Below, piece by piece: positions 35,679 to 44,981 of a stretch of DNA of 64,000 nt (position 1 is the stretch's first letter; each line of letters opens with the position of its first letter). A program made the position numbers and the translations under genes. A model generated the notes under the pieces. That model had not been told where the DNA came from. It saw only the letters and a program-made list of their open reading frames with translations, and did no database searches. The stretch lies in sequence record OM339718.1. One strand, given 5' to 3'.

Positions 35679-37205
35679 ATGAAATATCCGCATATGTCCG
35701 TAGACTTCTACAAATGGGGTCACATCGATCAATACATCAACGGTACTGAACTTGTAATCTCCAACCTAACCCCTCGTTCTGACCGTCTGGCTAACACCAT
35801 TCACGGCAACGGTAAGATGGTATTCTTCGGTCTGCAATACACCCTGCAATACATGGTGGAGCAATGGGATCAGAACTTCTTTAGTAAGTCTAAAGAGAAA
35901 GTAGTCAAGCGGTTCTCTCGTCGTGTCAAGAACTCCATCGGTAAAGACCATGGCGATTCCATGATTAAGGCTATTGGTGACCTTCATGACCTTGGTTATC
36001 TGCCTATTGAAGTGCGAGCAATCGAAGAGGGTAACTGGATTAACATGGGTATCCCTGCTTTCGTAGTGAGTAACACCAAGAAAGAGTTCTTCTGGTTGGT
36101 TAACTACCTCGAAACCTTCCTGAGTGCGATGGTATGGCCTATGAGCAACTCCGCTATGGTATCTGCTCAATACCGCAAGACCTCCAATAAGTGGGCTCCG
36201 ATGACTGGTGCAGACGACTTCTGGACTCTGATTGCTAACCACTGTTTCGCCGCTCGGGGTCATCGTGGTATTGAGGATGCTACCATCTCTGGTATGGGTC
36301 AACTTCTGTTCAGTGCTGGTACTGACACCGGTTGGGCTATCGATTACATCGAAGACTATTACGGTGCTAATAGCGACGAGGAACTGATTGGTTGTTCTGT
36401 TAACGCCTTCGAACATGCTACCGCAACCCAACGTATCGCTTACTTCCGTGGTCTTGGTTTTGAACATGCAGAACGTGAAAGCCTCCGCCGTCTTTTCACA
36501 GAAACTTATCCGACCGGGATCCTGAGTTACGTTGCGGATAGTGAAGATTATTATCGTCTGCTGTCGGTTGACCTTCTGGCACTGAAAGACGAAATCGAAG
36601 CCCGTCAACCGGATTCAAACGGTCTGTGTAAGTTTGTAGTTCGCCCAGACAGTTCCCCCAAGACTCCTTACGAGGTGATCATGGGTGACCCGGAAGCAGA
36701 AGATGAGAACGAACGTAAAGGGTCTCTGCAAATCCTGTGGGATATTTTTGGTGGTACTGTGAACGAGAAGGGTTTCCGTGTTCTGAATCCGAAAGTTGGT
36801 ATCATCTACGGTGAAGCGATTGACGGTGAACTGCAAGAAAAGATCTATGCTGGTATGGCTGCTGCTGGCTGGTGTGTTTCCAACGTACTGATGGGTACTG
36901 GTAGTTGGGGTTTCCTCAAGAATGCTTCTCGCGATAGCTTCTCTATTGCAATCAAGGGTACTCACTCCATCGTTGATGGAATTGATATCTCCATGCAGAA
37001 GAACCCGAAAACTGCGTTGAACAGTAAGAAGTCCGCTCGGGGTCGTCTGCGGGTTGAGAAGGTTGATGGTGATTATGTTCTTTTCGAGAACCAAACCGCT
37101 GATGAGTTCAACCAAGGCGAATTGAAACTTGCTTTCCGTGACGGTAAGATTGTTAACTTCCAAATCTGGAAAGACATCCAAGCTCGTGCGCTGGCTGGTC
37201 TGTAA
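35679..37205 (+). CDS. Nicotinamide phosphoribosyltransferase-like enzyme (likely NARP1 Namat)
   Basis: DFYKWGH..QY, FFGLQY, GYLPIEV, FAARG, AFEH, VRPDS, RDSFSIAIK. Confidence 0.92.
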   Translation: MKYPHMSVDFYKWGHIDQYINGTELVISNLTPRSDRLANTIHGNGKMVFFGLQYTLQYMVEQWDQNFFSKSKEKVVKRFSRRVKNSIGKDHGDSMIKAIGDLHDLGYLPIEVRAIEEGNWINMGIPAFVVSNTKKEFFWLVNYLETFLSAMVWPMSNSAMVSAQYRKTSNKWAPMTGADDFWTLIANHCFAARGHRGIEDATISGMGQLLFSAGTDTGWAIDYIEDYYGANSDEELIGCSVNAFEHATATQRIAYFRGLGFEHAERESLRRLFTETYPTGILSYVADSEDYYRLLSVDLLALKDEIEARQPDSNGLCKFVVRPDSSPKTPYEVIMGDPEAEDENERKGSLQILWDIFGGTVNEKGFRVLNPKVGIIYGEAIDGELQEKIYAGMAAAGWCVSNVLMGTGSWGFLKNASRDSFSIAIKGTHSIVDGIDISMQKNPKTALNSKKSARGRLRVEKVDGDYVLFENQTADEFNQGELKLAFRDGKIVNFQIWKDIQARALAGL

Positions 37206-37214
37206 AAATAGAAA

Positions 37215-37235
37215 GGGGTTGCGTATTGCAACCCC
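37215..37235 (+). terminator. Hairpin after Nampt-like gene
   Basis: GGGGTTGC-gtatt-GCAACCCC; no T-run on +. Confidence 0.45.
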
Positions 37236-37264
37236 AACACAACTAAACTAAAAAGGTTAATATA

Positions 37265-37552
37265 ATGGCTAAGATGAATAAAGAACAAACTGCAAAATTT
37301 AATTCACTGTTTGAAGATACCCTGAATTGGGGCGATGGTAGTACTTGTACTGGGTTGTTTGATTGTCTGGGTGGTCCAAACCTCGGTTATCTGGCGACTG
37401 AGATAGACGGGGACGATTTGCAGATTTTTGAATTTACTGGTTCTTACTGGGAATTCTTGGGTTCTATGCCTATTAACTCAAAGACAAAAGCGAAGTTCAA
37501 AAAGATTGTTCTCCATCTGATGGATAAAGATTTCGATACTCTGGAATTTTAA
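37265..37552 (+). CDS. Hypothetical protein
   Basis: AAGG SD. Confidence 0.72.
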   Translation: MAKMNKEQTAKFNSLFEDTLNWGDGSTCTGLFDCLGGPNLGYLATEIDGDDLQIFEFTGSYWEFLGSMPINSKTKAKFKKIVLHLMDKDFDTLEF

Positions 37553-37555
37553 ATG

Positions 37556-37594
37556 AAAAAAGGGTTGACTTGGGTCAGCCCTTTTTGTTATTAT
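37556..37594 (+). promoter_or_regulatory. Terminator hairpin containing the -35 of the next promoter
   Basis: AAAAAGGGTTGAC-ttgg-GTCAGCCCTTTTT; TTGACT-N18-TATTAT. Confidence 0.68.
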
Positions 37595-37625
37595 ACACCC
37601 ACATAATGTTGTAGGGGATTTTTAA

Positions 37626-38606
37626 ATGCTTGGTACTGTATGTATGACTGGTATTTTCGATAAGTCTAAATCAACTTTTACCGCTCATAAAGATACAAAA
37701 ATGGGTACGGTTACCAGAAAAAGTATGATGCAGATATGTGGGATTGACGACCCGTCACTCCTTACATTGGATGTGGTATCTAAAAATTCTATTAAACTAA
37801 AGGCAAAGCTGATGCCTAAAGTTAAACAAAATCTAAATGCTTTGTACAACCAACTGGTTTTTGTGTCTGGTATGCCAACTGAATGTCATGCTCTGCGGAT
37901 TAGTTCAGATCTACTTCCGTTGTTTGACCACCCAGTGTTAGGGTCTCTTTACGATGTGGATATGTTATCCGCTGTGGACATGTTGCTAAATCGTTGCAAA
38001 AAAGTAATAGATTCAAACGGTATCGTGATATCTACTCACCCGGACCAGTTTGTTATCATCAATTCTGTCGGTGAAGATACCAGAAATCAATCTTTTGCTA
38101 CCCTCATGTATCACAAATATTTTATGGAACGGTTGACTACATCAGATAAATCTTGTATTAATATTCATCTTGAAGGCAACTTAGATCATCTCCCAGAACT
38201 TGATAATGGTCAATATTCGGATCTTATTCCTTGGCTCTCATTTGAGAATAGCGATAAAAACGGTAAGATCTTCACGGGGGACACTCAAAATACGTTGCTT
38301 ATTTGTGAAAAATATGGTATAAAAATGTTGTATGACTGTCATCACCATCTTGTTATGACCGGTGAATTTTTGGATGTTGATTCATCTACGTTTGAACGAA
38401 TCCTTTCCACTTGGAGAAACCAAAAACCGTTTTTCCACGTTTCACAAAGCCGTGAAGTAGACAAAGTATCCCGCGCACATAGCGATTATATTGATGATCC
38501 TATGGTCATCCAACAAGCTAAAATCCTGTCTGGTTTGGGTTGTCTAGAAGTTGAAGCGAAAGCAAAAACATCTGCTGTACTGGATTTATTTTCAAAAATT
38601 GGTTGA
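37626..38606 (+). CDS. uvsE: UV damage endonuclease (UvsE/UVDE family)
   Basis: RISSDLLP, STHPDQF, NIH, FEN, YDCHHH, FHVS, HSDYI, EVEAKAK. Confidence 0.9.
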   Translation: MLGTVCMTGIFDKSKSTFTAHKDTKMGTVTRKSMMQICGIDDPSLLTLDVVSKNSIKLKAKLMPKVKQNLNALYNQLVFVSGMPTECHALRISSDLLPLFDHPVLGSLYDVDMLSAVDMLLNRCKKVIDSNGIVISTHPDQFVIINSVGEDTRNQSFATLMYHKYFMERLTTSDKSCINIHLEGNLDHLPELDNGQYSDLIPWLSFENSDKNGKIFTGDTQNTLLICEKYGIKMLYDCHHHLVMTGEFLDVDSSTFERILSTWRNQKPFFHVSQSREVDKVSRAHSDYIDDPMVIQQAKILSGLGCLEVEAKAKTSAVLDLFSKIG

Positions 38607-38752
38607 TTTCACGTCCCAACTTTTGTAATATAGCCCATGAAGAAACAAGAAGGAGGCTGTCATGTTAATCAAAACTCAAATGAATGACGGTTCTTATGGT
38701 GTAAAAGAAAAAGTTTCTGTTGGTATTCGCAAATCTTATGAGGATTAAGATC

Positions 38753-38974
38753 ATGATGTATAAGTTCAAATCAGAAGAAGCTATGAACCAATTTGTTTCT
38801 GAAATGCCGTGTACAGATCAACACAACCTACTGCTTGCTGGTATTGTTGGTCTAGACCCTTTCCGTGTTCATGACGAACCAGCATATAAAGATTTGGGTG
38901 GATTTTGGGTTAGTAAAGGTGGACAAGATTTCTTCATCACCGACTATGAAAAACAATTCTTGGTGAGGGTATAA
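38753..38974 (+). CDS. Small protein, FKS-motif paralog family
   Basis: YKFKSEEAMNQF...FLVRV; GAGG SD. Confidence 0.7.
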   Translation: MMYKFKSEEAMNQFVSEMPCTDQHNLLLAGIVGLDPFRVHDEPAYKDLGGFWVSKGGQDFFITDYEKQFLVRV

Positions 38975-38976
38975 TT

Positions 38977-39216
38977 ATGATTGAAGTAGGTAAAAAGTAT
39001 CGGATCACAACACCGGTTAGTGAGAGACATATCGTTGGTATTGGTGACGTTATCGAAGTGTATCACGTTGGTTGGCTTGGTGTAAAAGCATTTGGTATAA
39101 GTAAAGACCAAGATGGAGACATATACGACGGTTTCCTTTTGTTTGATGTTCCGGGTGGATATTCTAAAGATGAATATTTCAAATTGGTAGAAGAATGTTT
39201 GGAGGAAGTAAAATGA
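38977..39216 (+). CDS. Hypothetical protein
   Basis: GAGG SD. Confidence 0.72.
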   Translation: MIEVGKKYRITTPVSERHIVGIGDVIEVYHVGWLGVKAFGISKDQDGDIYDGFLLFDVPGGYSKDEYFKLVEECLEEVK

Positions 39217-39374
39217 AAAAGTTAGGTCATCAATCAGATAGAGAAAAGATTTTGAATCGTACCTTTAAAATGTATGTTCGGAAAGGTCGATATACCAAGG
39301 AGGATTTTCATTCTTTCTGTCATTTTGCAAAAGGGAAATCTGAATACACTCTTCTTAACCTTCTGGGGGTTTAA
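39213..39374 (+). CDS. Small hypothetical protein
   Basis: GGAGG SD, ATGA overlap; below track cutoff; coordinates approximate. Confidence 0.4.
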   Translation: MKKLGHQSDREKILNRTFKMYVRKGRYTKEDFHSFCHFAKGKSEYTLLNLLGV

Positions 39375-39375
39375 A

Positions 39376-39651
39376 ATGGAACTGAATTATATTTATGCAG
39401 ATAAACGTATCTTGACTAACGTTCGATATGACCACGATTATACATCATATCCATGGAGGGTCTTCCAATCCGATGGTTATTCTTTGTTGGTGTATAAGAA
39501 AGGTGATATTGTTTACTCCATGGAAATAGTTGATAAAGACGTTTATCGGGATAGTATGTATTTTGGGTTTAAATGTGATGACTACTGTTCGATCCATCCA
39601 CGTATTTATCTATTTGACGTAACTAAAATGGATATGAGTCTTCAACCATGA
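39376..39651 (+). CDS. Hypothetical protein
   Basis: GGGGG SD before ATG 39376. Confidence 0.65.
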   Translation: MELNYIYADKRILTNVRYDHDYTSYPWRVFQSDGYSLLVYKKGDIVYSMEIVDKDVYRDSMYFGFKCDDYCSIHPRIYLFDVTKMDMSLQP

Positions 39652-39833
39652 GAAATATGACAAAGAAAGAGATCCGAGAGAATTTGATTCGTTGTATCGG
39701 TATCGATAATAAGAAGCATCTCTGTCTACCATGGGAGGATAATTGTCTCTGTGGTATTCGGGTTAAGATCAAAAATCCTAATGAAAAACAAGAAAGTAAG
39801 TATGAGTTTTCTTGTTATGAATGTACTTATTAA
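39648..39833 (+). CDS. Small Cys-rich protein
   Basis: H.C...CLCG...CYEC. Confidence 0.65.
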   Translation: MRNMTKKEIRENLIRCIGIDNKKHLCLPWEDNCLCGIRVKIKNPNEKQESKYEFSCYECTY

Positions 39834-39843
39834 GAGGTAGAAG

Positions 39844-40389
39844 ATGATTAGTTTAGTTTTTGCAGTTGGTGAACAAGGACAATTCGGACATTGTGGTACT
39901 ATGCCTTGGCCCCATATCCGGGAAGATATGAAGAAATTCAAAGATGTAACTTCCAAAAAGGTTCTGATTATGGGTCGTGGGACGTTTGAATCTCTCCCAA
40001 GTAAACTTAAAGATCGTATGCATATTGTGTTATCATCTAATCCTGATTCAGTCACTAAGAGTGGTGAGGGTCCGGATGTTATCTCCGATGATATGGGGTT
40101 GATCAATCAGATGATTGAAGATAACCCAGAAACAGATTTTTGTGTGATTGGCGGCCCGAGTATGCTTTATCATTTTATGTCTTCTGGGATGGTTGATGAA
40201 GCTCATGTAACCGTTATATCCTGTGCTACAATGCCATCTAAACAATTCTGCGACGTAAACCTCGATATGGGTTTGGTCAAGGAAATCTCAAGTACTATGT
40301 GTATCATGGATAGTCAGGTACTTACCACCAAAGAGGGGCTGAGTGTTGTCTATACTCATTTCAAAAATTTCAAAAAGGAAAGTAAATGA
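39844..40389 (+). CDS. frd: Dihydrofolate reductase
   Basis: MPWPHIREDMKKFK, LIMGRGTFESLP, RMHIVLSS, VIGG. Confidence 0.94.
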   Translation: MISLVFAVGEQGQFGHCGTMPWPHIREDMKKFKDVTSKKVLIMGRGTFESLPSKLKDRMHIVLSSNPDSVTKSGEGPDVISDDMGLINQMIEDNPETDFCVIGGPSMLYHFMSSGMVDEAHVTVISCATMPSKQFCDVNLDMGLVKEISSTMCIMDSQVLTTKEGLSVVYTHFKNFKKESK

Positions 40390-40679
40390 ATATCAATGAA
40401 CTAATCGAAAAAGAAAATCCTACTGTTGAAGAATCAATTTTTGTGCAAAATTTTATGATCGACGCGATGGTTAAACAGTTGGAACACCAGCGAGAAACAA
40501 TCAAGACCCACGAAGCGACAATTCAAAGTCTAGTTGAATCAAATACGGAACTCCGCGCAGGGTTTACCGAAATGCAGCTTGCTATGACGACTTTCTACGA
40601 GCAGATGGAAAACGTAAAGAGTTCTACCGAAGCTCTTGGGGGTTATAGCAAATCTACCGGTGGGATCTTGATGCAATGA
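40386..40679 (+). CDS. Hypothetical coiled-coil protein
   Basis: ATGA overlaps on both sides. Confidence 0.72.
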   Translation: MNINELIEKENPTVEESIFVQNFMIDAMVKQLEHQRETIKTHEATIQSLVESNTELRAGFTEMQLAMTTFYEQMENVKSSTEALGGYSKSTGGILMQ

Positions 40680-41548
40680 TATTACTCCCACAAGGTAAGT
40701 ATGAATCAGAATATTACAATCTAGTAAAGGATGTTTTTGAATCTGGTCACGACATCTTCAACTCTCGTACTGGATATGTTTGTCGAACTATTCCAACTCA
40801 TGTTATGGTGTATGACCGATGTCCGATGATTTCTCATAAACATGTTTTCTTCAAAATGTTTATCGCCGAGTTTGTTGGTTATCTGCGAGGATATACAAGC
40901 GCAAAACAATTTCGGGATCTTGGAACCCGTACATGGGACGCAAACGCGAACGAGACAAAAGCATGGTTAGCCAATCCAAACCGACTAGGCGAGGATGATA
41001 TGGGTAATGTCTATGGTGCAATCGCCCGAGACTTTGGTAACATGGGTGGGGAATACGACCTACTTTGGGATGTGTATGAAGATCTAAAAGCTGGTATTGA
41101 TAATCGTGGTGAGATTATCACCTTCTGGGATCCTTCTCGGTTCGAAGAAGGTTGTTTGCGTCCTTGTATGATGATGCACCAGTTCCAGCTTATCGGTGAT
41201 ACCCTTCATCTCACGTCGTATCAACGTAGCACTGACATCCTTCTAGGTGGTCCTGCCAATATGCTCCAAGCATGGTTTTTCCTAGAACTGATGGCTAAGA
41301 TCACGGGTCATAAGGTCGGGAAGGTTACCCATGTTATGAACAACGTTCACATTTACGAAAATCAATTCGATGCATGTGAAGAGTTTCTGAAACGAGAACC
41401 ACACCCTCTCAACAACCCTGTGTTGGTGTTTGACGAGAAGTGTGTTGATCTGGACTATGTACTTGATGAAAAGAACAAAGTTTACGACATTGTAACAATT
41501 GATGGTTATCTTCATAATGGAAAATTAGATATTCCGTTTGCTGCTTAA
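40676..41548 (+). CDS. td: Thymidylate synthase (ThyA), intron-less
   Basis: SRTG, WDANA, YG, LRPC, YQRSTD..G.PAN, HIYENQ. Confidence 0.95.
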   Translation: MILLPQGKYESEYYNLVKDVFESGHDIFNSRTGYVCRTIPTHVMVYDRCPMISHKHVFFKMFIAEFVGYLRGYTSAKQFRDLGTRTWDANANETKAWLANPNRLGEDDMGNVYGAIARDFGNMGGEYDLLWDVYEDLKAGIDNRGEIITFWDPSRFEEGCLRPCMMMHQFQLIGDTLHLTSYQRSTDILLGGPANMLQAWFFLELMAKITGHKVGKVTHVMNNVHIYENQFDACEEFLKREPHPLNNPVLVFDEKCVDLDYVLDEKNKVYDIVTIDGYLHNGKLDIPFAA

Positions 41549-41554
41549 AAATCT

Positions 41555-41594
41555 AGCCGAAAGTGTTGACATACTTTCGGCTTTTCTGTATCTT
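41555..41594 (+). promoter_or_regulatory. Terminator hairpin with the -35 box at its tip
   Basis: AGCCGAAAGTGT-tgac-ATACTTTCGGCT-TTT; TTGACA-N17-TATCTT with TG extension. Confidence 0.75.
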
Positions 41595-41623
41595 ATGTGT
41601 ACCGAAAGACAAGGAGACGTATC

Positions 41624-41956
41624 ATGAAAATTAATGTAAACACGGTTACTCTAATAGTTTCACTCAATAACAAAACCGGTGATGTTGAGAATTGGATCTT
41701 CCCAACCCACTATGATAAGTCTTCGATTTATTCTTCCATTTCATATATGGAAAATAAATACGATAAACCGGTTGAGGTTTATCACTTCCAGAATTGCTAT
41801 CCTGTTGGGTTGATGAGTTCATGGGCCGAATGTACCCCAGAACAAAAAACCGGTTGGATAAAAGGAAATCTTAAAAATATGGTGTATAGCACCAAAGAAG
41901 GATTTACTAAGTACGGTAAATCTGTTATTTTTGAACCAGTTTACGACGAGGAATAA
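41624..41956 (+). CDS. Hypothetical protein
   Basis: AAGGAG SD before ATG 41624. Confidence 0.75.
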   Translation: MKINVNTVTLIVSLNNKTGDVENWIFPTHYDKSSIYSSISYMENKYDKPVEVYHFQNCYPVGLMSSWAECTPEQKTGWIKGNLKNMVYSTKEGFTKYGKSVIFEPVYDEE

Positions 41957-41958
41957 AA

Positions 41959-42621
41959 ATGTACACTCAACTCCATAAAGATACTGCGGACTATTTCGGT
42001 TATCCAATCTGTCTATCTCTTGCTATGACCGGTATCAAAAGTATGATGGATCATGAATCGTCTTACGTTCAAGCGATAGAATCAAAACTAAAATCAGTAA
42101 ACCGCGCCCCTGTTTTCAGTCTATGGGATTATGATTTCATCATCACACAAACCGATTCGGGGAGACGTGTCCTCAATATTTTAAACAAGAATATTACACC
42201 AGCATATATAGGGGTAATTGACCTAGGACATTGTTGGAAAGTTAACCTAAGCGAGTTGATTGAAGTAGCATCCGACCTTTACAAGACATTGGTTGATGTG
42301 GAATTCGACCATAAGAAATATTTTATTAAATCCTTCGTACCAGATGCACATTTTGAGATGACGGAGTTCTTTTTATCAACCAAAGTCTGGTCTTTGAAAA
42401 TAGGTTCAGAAAGTACCTTTTACGCGACTTTCTACTTTTGTCATAACATTAGGATGAGTATTTCCACTGGATTTTATAATCCACCTTTAATCACAGATTG
42501 GTTTACTGGTACTGTTGGAAGTAAAGAAATGACACGATGGACTGATTGGTATAAATTCGAATCTTTGGAAACCAAGTTAAAGCGCCATTCAGCGATCCTT
42601 GCCGAGCAGGTTCTTGTATGA
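41959..42621 (+). CDS. Hypothetical protein
   Basis: GAGG SD. Confidence 0.75.
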   Translation: MYTQLHKDTADYFGYPICLSLAMTGIKSMMDHESSYVQAIESKLKSVNRAPVFSLWDYDFIITQTDSGRRVLNILNKNITPAYIGVIDLGHCWKVNLSELIEVASDLYKTLVDVEFDHKKYFIKSFVPDAHFEMTEFFLSTKVWSLKIGSESTFYATFYFCHNIRMSISTGFYNPPLITDWFTGTVGSKEMTRWTDWYKFESLETKLKRHSAILAEQVLV

Positions 42622-43091
42622 GATATGTTTTCTTAGATGTAGATGGGCCTTTGAATAACTACGAAACTTCGGAAATTACCCACACAAACCAAGTGGGGTC
42701 ATATGTCTCATCAGAAGCGATATGGGAGGTTGTTAATGGAATCATATACCTTATATGCCCATGGATGTTAAACAACCTATACGACGTTCTGAGAGCTTAT
42801 GACGACGTTAAACTAATAGGGATCTCTTCTTGGTTTCGGGGTGGTGATGTATGTTGTGTTGGTTCTACCGTTTTCACTGAAATCACTGGTCTTAAACTGG
42901 ATGGGGTGATTGATTATACAGGTGGTGGTGAATATCGGTTTACTTGTGCAGAAGAGTATGCTAAAGTTAGGGGTGTTGAGAAATACGTTATTATTGATGA
43001 CCTTCGATATGATCATAGTCATTTGGTGAAGATCCATAGAGAGGGGTTGTCTTCTGAAAAAGCCAAAGAGGCTATAAGGATGCTAAAATGA
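42618..43091 (+). CDS. HAD-superfamily phosphatase (RNA-repair HAD_SAK-like)
   Basis: FLDVDGPLN, GISSW, YVIIDD. Confidence 0.75.
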   Translation: MRYVFLDVDGPLNNYETSEITHTNQVGSYVSSEAIWEVVNGIIYLICPWMLNNLYDVLRAYDDVKLIGISSWFRGGDVCCVGSTVFTEITGLKLDGVIDYTGGGEYRFTCAEEYAKVRGVEKYVIIDDLRYDHSHLVKIHREGLSSEKAKEAIRMLK

Positions 43092-43444
43092 AATTTTCAA
43101 GAGAGTCTGGTGAATATAGTGTGGAATCAAGGGATATACTCCCTATTATTGATGAGCACGTTCGAACCAGAATGGAAAAGCACAAATCGGAATTGAACGC
43201 CATTGAGGACAATGAAAAATTTGTCATCGAGTTATCAAAACTATTTTATATCTATAAACCAACCGATCAGGTTATAGATGAAATTAGCGATGAAGTATTA
43301 AAATTATACCCGAATGTTAACGTTGATGATTTGTATTATTGGATTTATGAACAATATACTTTGGAATTGGTAAATTTTAATATTTCCACTCGGTTGTTTC
43401 GTCGCTCTGATATTAGGAATAAAAAGAAAAATGATTTATCATGA
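43088..43444 (+). CDS. Hypothetical protein
   Basis: ATGA overlap. Confidence 0.7.
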   Translation: MKFSRESGEYSVESRDILPIIDEHVRTRMEKHKSELNAIEDNEKFVIELSKLFYIYKPTDQVIDEISDEVLKLYPNVNVDDLYYWIYEQYTLELVNFNISTRLFRRSDIRNKKKNDLS

Positions 43445-43757
43445 TACTGAAAAATGTTGTATGAATGAGAATGGGATGGTCATTTCTAAGATCATGGAGG
43501 AACGTATAGTTTCTGCTTTGTCTATTTTCGACAACCTACCTAAGAACGAAATAGAGGAACCGTTGCAGGCGGCTTTTTATGATTTAACACGTAGTGGTTA
43601 CATTCAGGAAATTTATCATTCTGAATTTTGTAAATTACAAGATGTTGAAATTCCTCTAACTCAATCAATTCGCCATGAGATCCATTTAATCTATACCTCA
43701 TGTCTCAATTATCAGATCGTGAAATATAAGATGTGTAGAAGTTTTAAGGGTGAATGA
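43431..43757 (+). CDS. Hypothetical protein
   Basis: Co-directional. Confidence 0.65.
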   Translation: MIYHDTEKCCMNENGMVISKIMEERIVSALSIFDNLPKNEIEEPLQAAFYDLTRSGYIQEIYHSEFCKLQDVEIPLTQSIRHEIHLIYTSCLNYQIVKYKMCRSFKGE

Positions 43758-44124
43758 TATGCTTCCGGGGTTTAAGAAGATATCGAAGTTGTATCTAGAC
43801 GATCGGGGTTTGTTATCAAGGGATATGCTAGTCCCAACTTATTACCAAAATGTTGTATACGCATTTGTAAGAGGATCTAAAATTCTCTACATTGGTAAAG
43901 CAAATGATCTATGGAAGAGATTCGATACGTATAGGAATTGTGTAAATTGGAGAAACGCCAGACAATCTAATGTCGACAAGAACAAAAAGATGGTAGAGAC
44001 TATCAACAAGGGGAATTTATGGTTGTATGTTTTCCGTTCTTCTAGTATGATGTTGGATATAGACGAACAACGACTAATCAGGGAATATCGTCCTGTTTGG
44101 AACGTACATTTTAACGGAGATTGA
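43750..44124 (+). CDS. denA: GIY-YIG endonuclease, T4 endonuclease II-like
   Basis: VVYAFV..LYIGKA..LWKRFDTY, EQRLI..YRP.WN; single domain, located between td and rnlA. Confidence 0.78.
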   Translation: MNDMLPGFKKISKLYLDDRGLLSRDMLVPTYYQNVVYAFVRGSKILYIGKANDLWKRFDTYRNCVNWRNARQSNVDKNKKMVETINKGNLWLYVFRSSSMMLDIDEQRLIREYRPVWNVHFNGD

Positions 44125-44125
44125 T

Positions 44126-44464
44126 ATGAAGATTATCGATATTAATATTTGGGATGATTTCGAAGGTTACGAAGACAAAGCCGGTGGTAAGACCTTTGCA
44201 TACATCGAATCCGGATTAGAAGATAAGGATAAACAAGAATATGTACTTCATAGTGTAGCCTCTATGCTGGCTACAGTACAAACAGAAGTTAAGTACAATT
44301 CTTATTATCCCGAAAGTGAGTATGGATACAGTCGTTGGGAACTCATTCTATATGGAGTTAACGAAGAAAAGATTTGTGCCATTTGCGATTATTTTGGTCA
44401 ACTAAACCATGTTATCCACCTTGACAATGAACCGTTTTCTGTTGAAGTGTATTCGGAGAGTTAA
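44126..44464 (+). CDS. Hypothetical protein
   Basis: GGAG SD. Confidence 0.72.
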   Translation: MKIIDINIWDDFEGYEDKAGGKTFAYIESGLEDKDKQEYVLHSVASMLATVQTEVKYNSYYPESEYGYSRWELILYGVNEEKICAICDYFGQLNHVIHLDNEPFSVEVYSES

Positions 44465-44466
44465 AA

Positions 44467-44709
44467 ATGAACAAAGATATTAAAATTGGTACTCTGGTAA
44501 AATTGGATCCAAAAAGCCGTTGGGCATATGATGGTAAAGGTGGGGAGACAAACCCAGTTGATGTAATTGGTGTTGTTATTCCGGTTCCGGAATACCAATT
44601 ATCTGGGTTTTGGCCTGTTTCAACGGGTTGGACTTGGGTTAAGTGGCCCAATAATATCGATAATTGTTATCCAGACAAAGAAGATTGTTTGATTGAGGTA
44701 GAAGAATGA
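44467..44709 (+). CDS. Hypothetical SH3-like protein
   Basis: IKIGTLVKL..GVV..WTWVKW..NCY. Confidence 0.7.
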   Translation: MNKDIKIGTLVKLDPKSRWAYDGKGGETNPVDVIGVVIPVPEYQLSGFWPVSTGWTWVKWPNNIDNCYPDKEDCLIEVEE

Positions 44710-44942
44710 AACACGATGCGATTTTAAAAAACTCGTCTCCATATCCGTTCAACGAAAACAAAGCACTTGGTTATGTTTTTTGTGATACCAAGAATCGTTT
44801 TAATGATGGTGAGCAAATAGTTACATCTTTTATCATTGAATATATTCGGGATTGTAACGATGTAACAACCCATATTGTAACCAAGTCCGGAACAGTTTAT
44901 AAACTGGTATATGGCGATATGCAGGATAATAGTGACGTATGA
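44706..44942 (+). CDS. Small beta protein, paralog of 45897
   Basis: G.V..D...RF.DG..I.TS...T.SGTVY. Confidence 0.7.
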   Translation: MKHDAILKNSSPYPFNENKALGYVFCDTKNRFNDGEQIVTSFIIEYIRDCNDVTTHIVTKSGTVYKLVYGDMQDNSDV

Positions 44943-44981
44943 AATATATATTGGTCGTAACCATTTTTCTGGTTATTCTAT

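Noticed and set aside
35766-36608. 280 aa minus-strand ORF (also 36615..37181)
   Set aside because: Antisense shadow of the codon-biased Nampt-like gene; no SD, motif or minus-strand promoter
40676-41548. Group I intron in td as in T4
   Set aside because: ORF is continuous and full-length at 290 aa
43750-44124. GIY-YIG ORF as a mobile homing endonuclease
   Set aside because: Only 124 aa with no DNA-binding extensions; position and motifs fit denA
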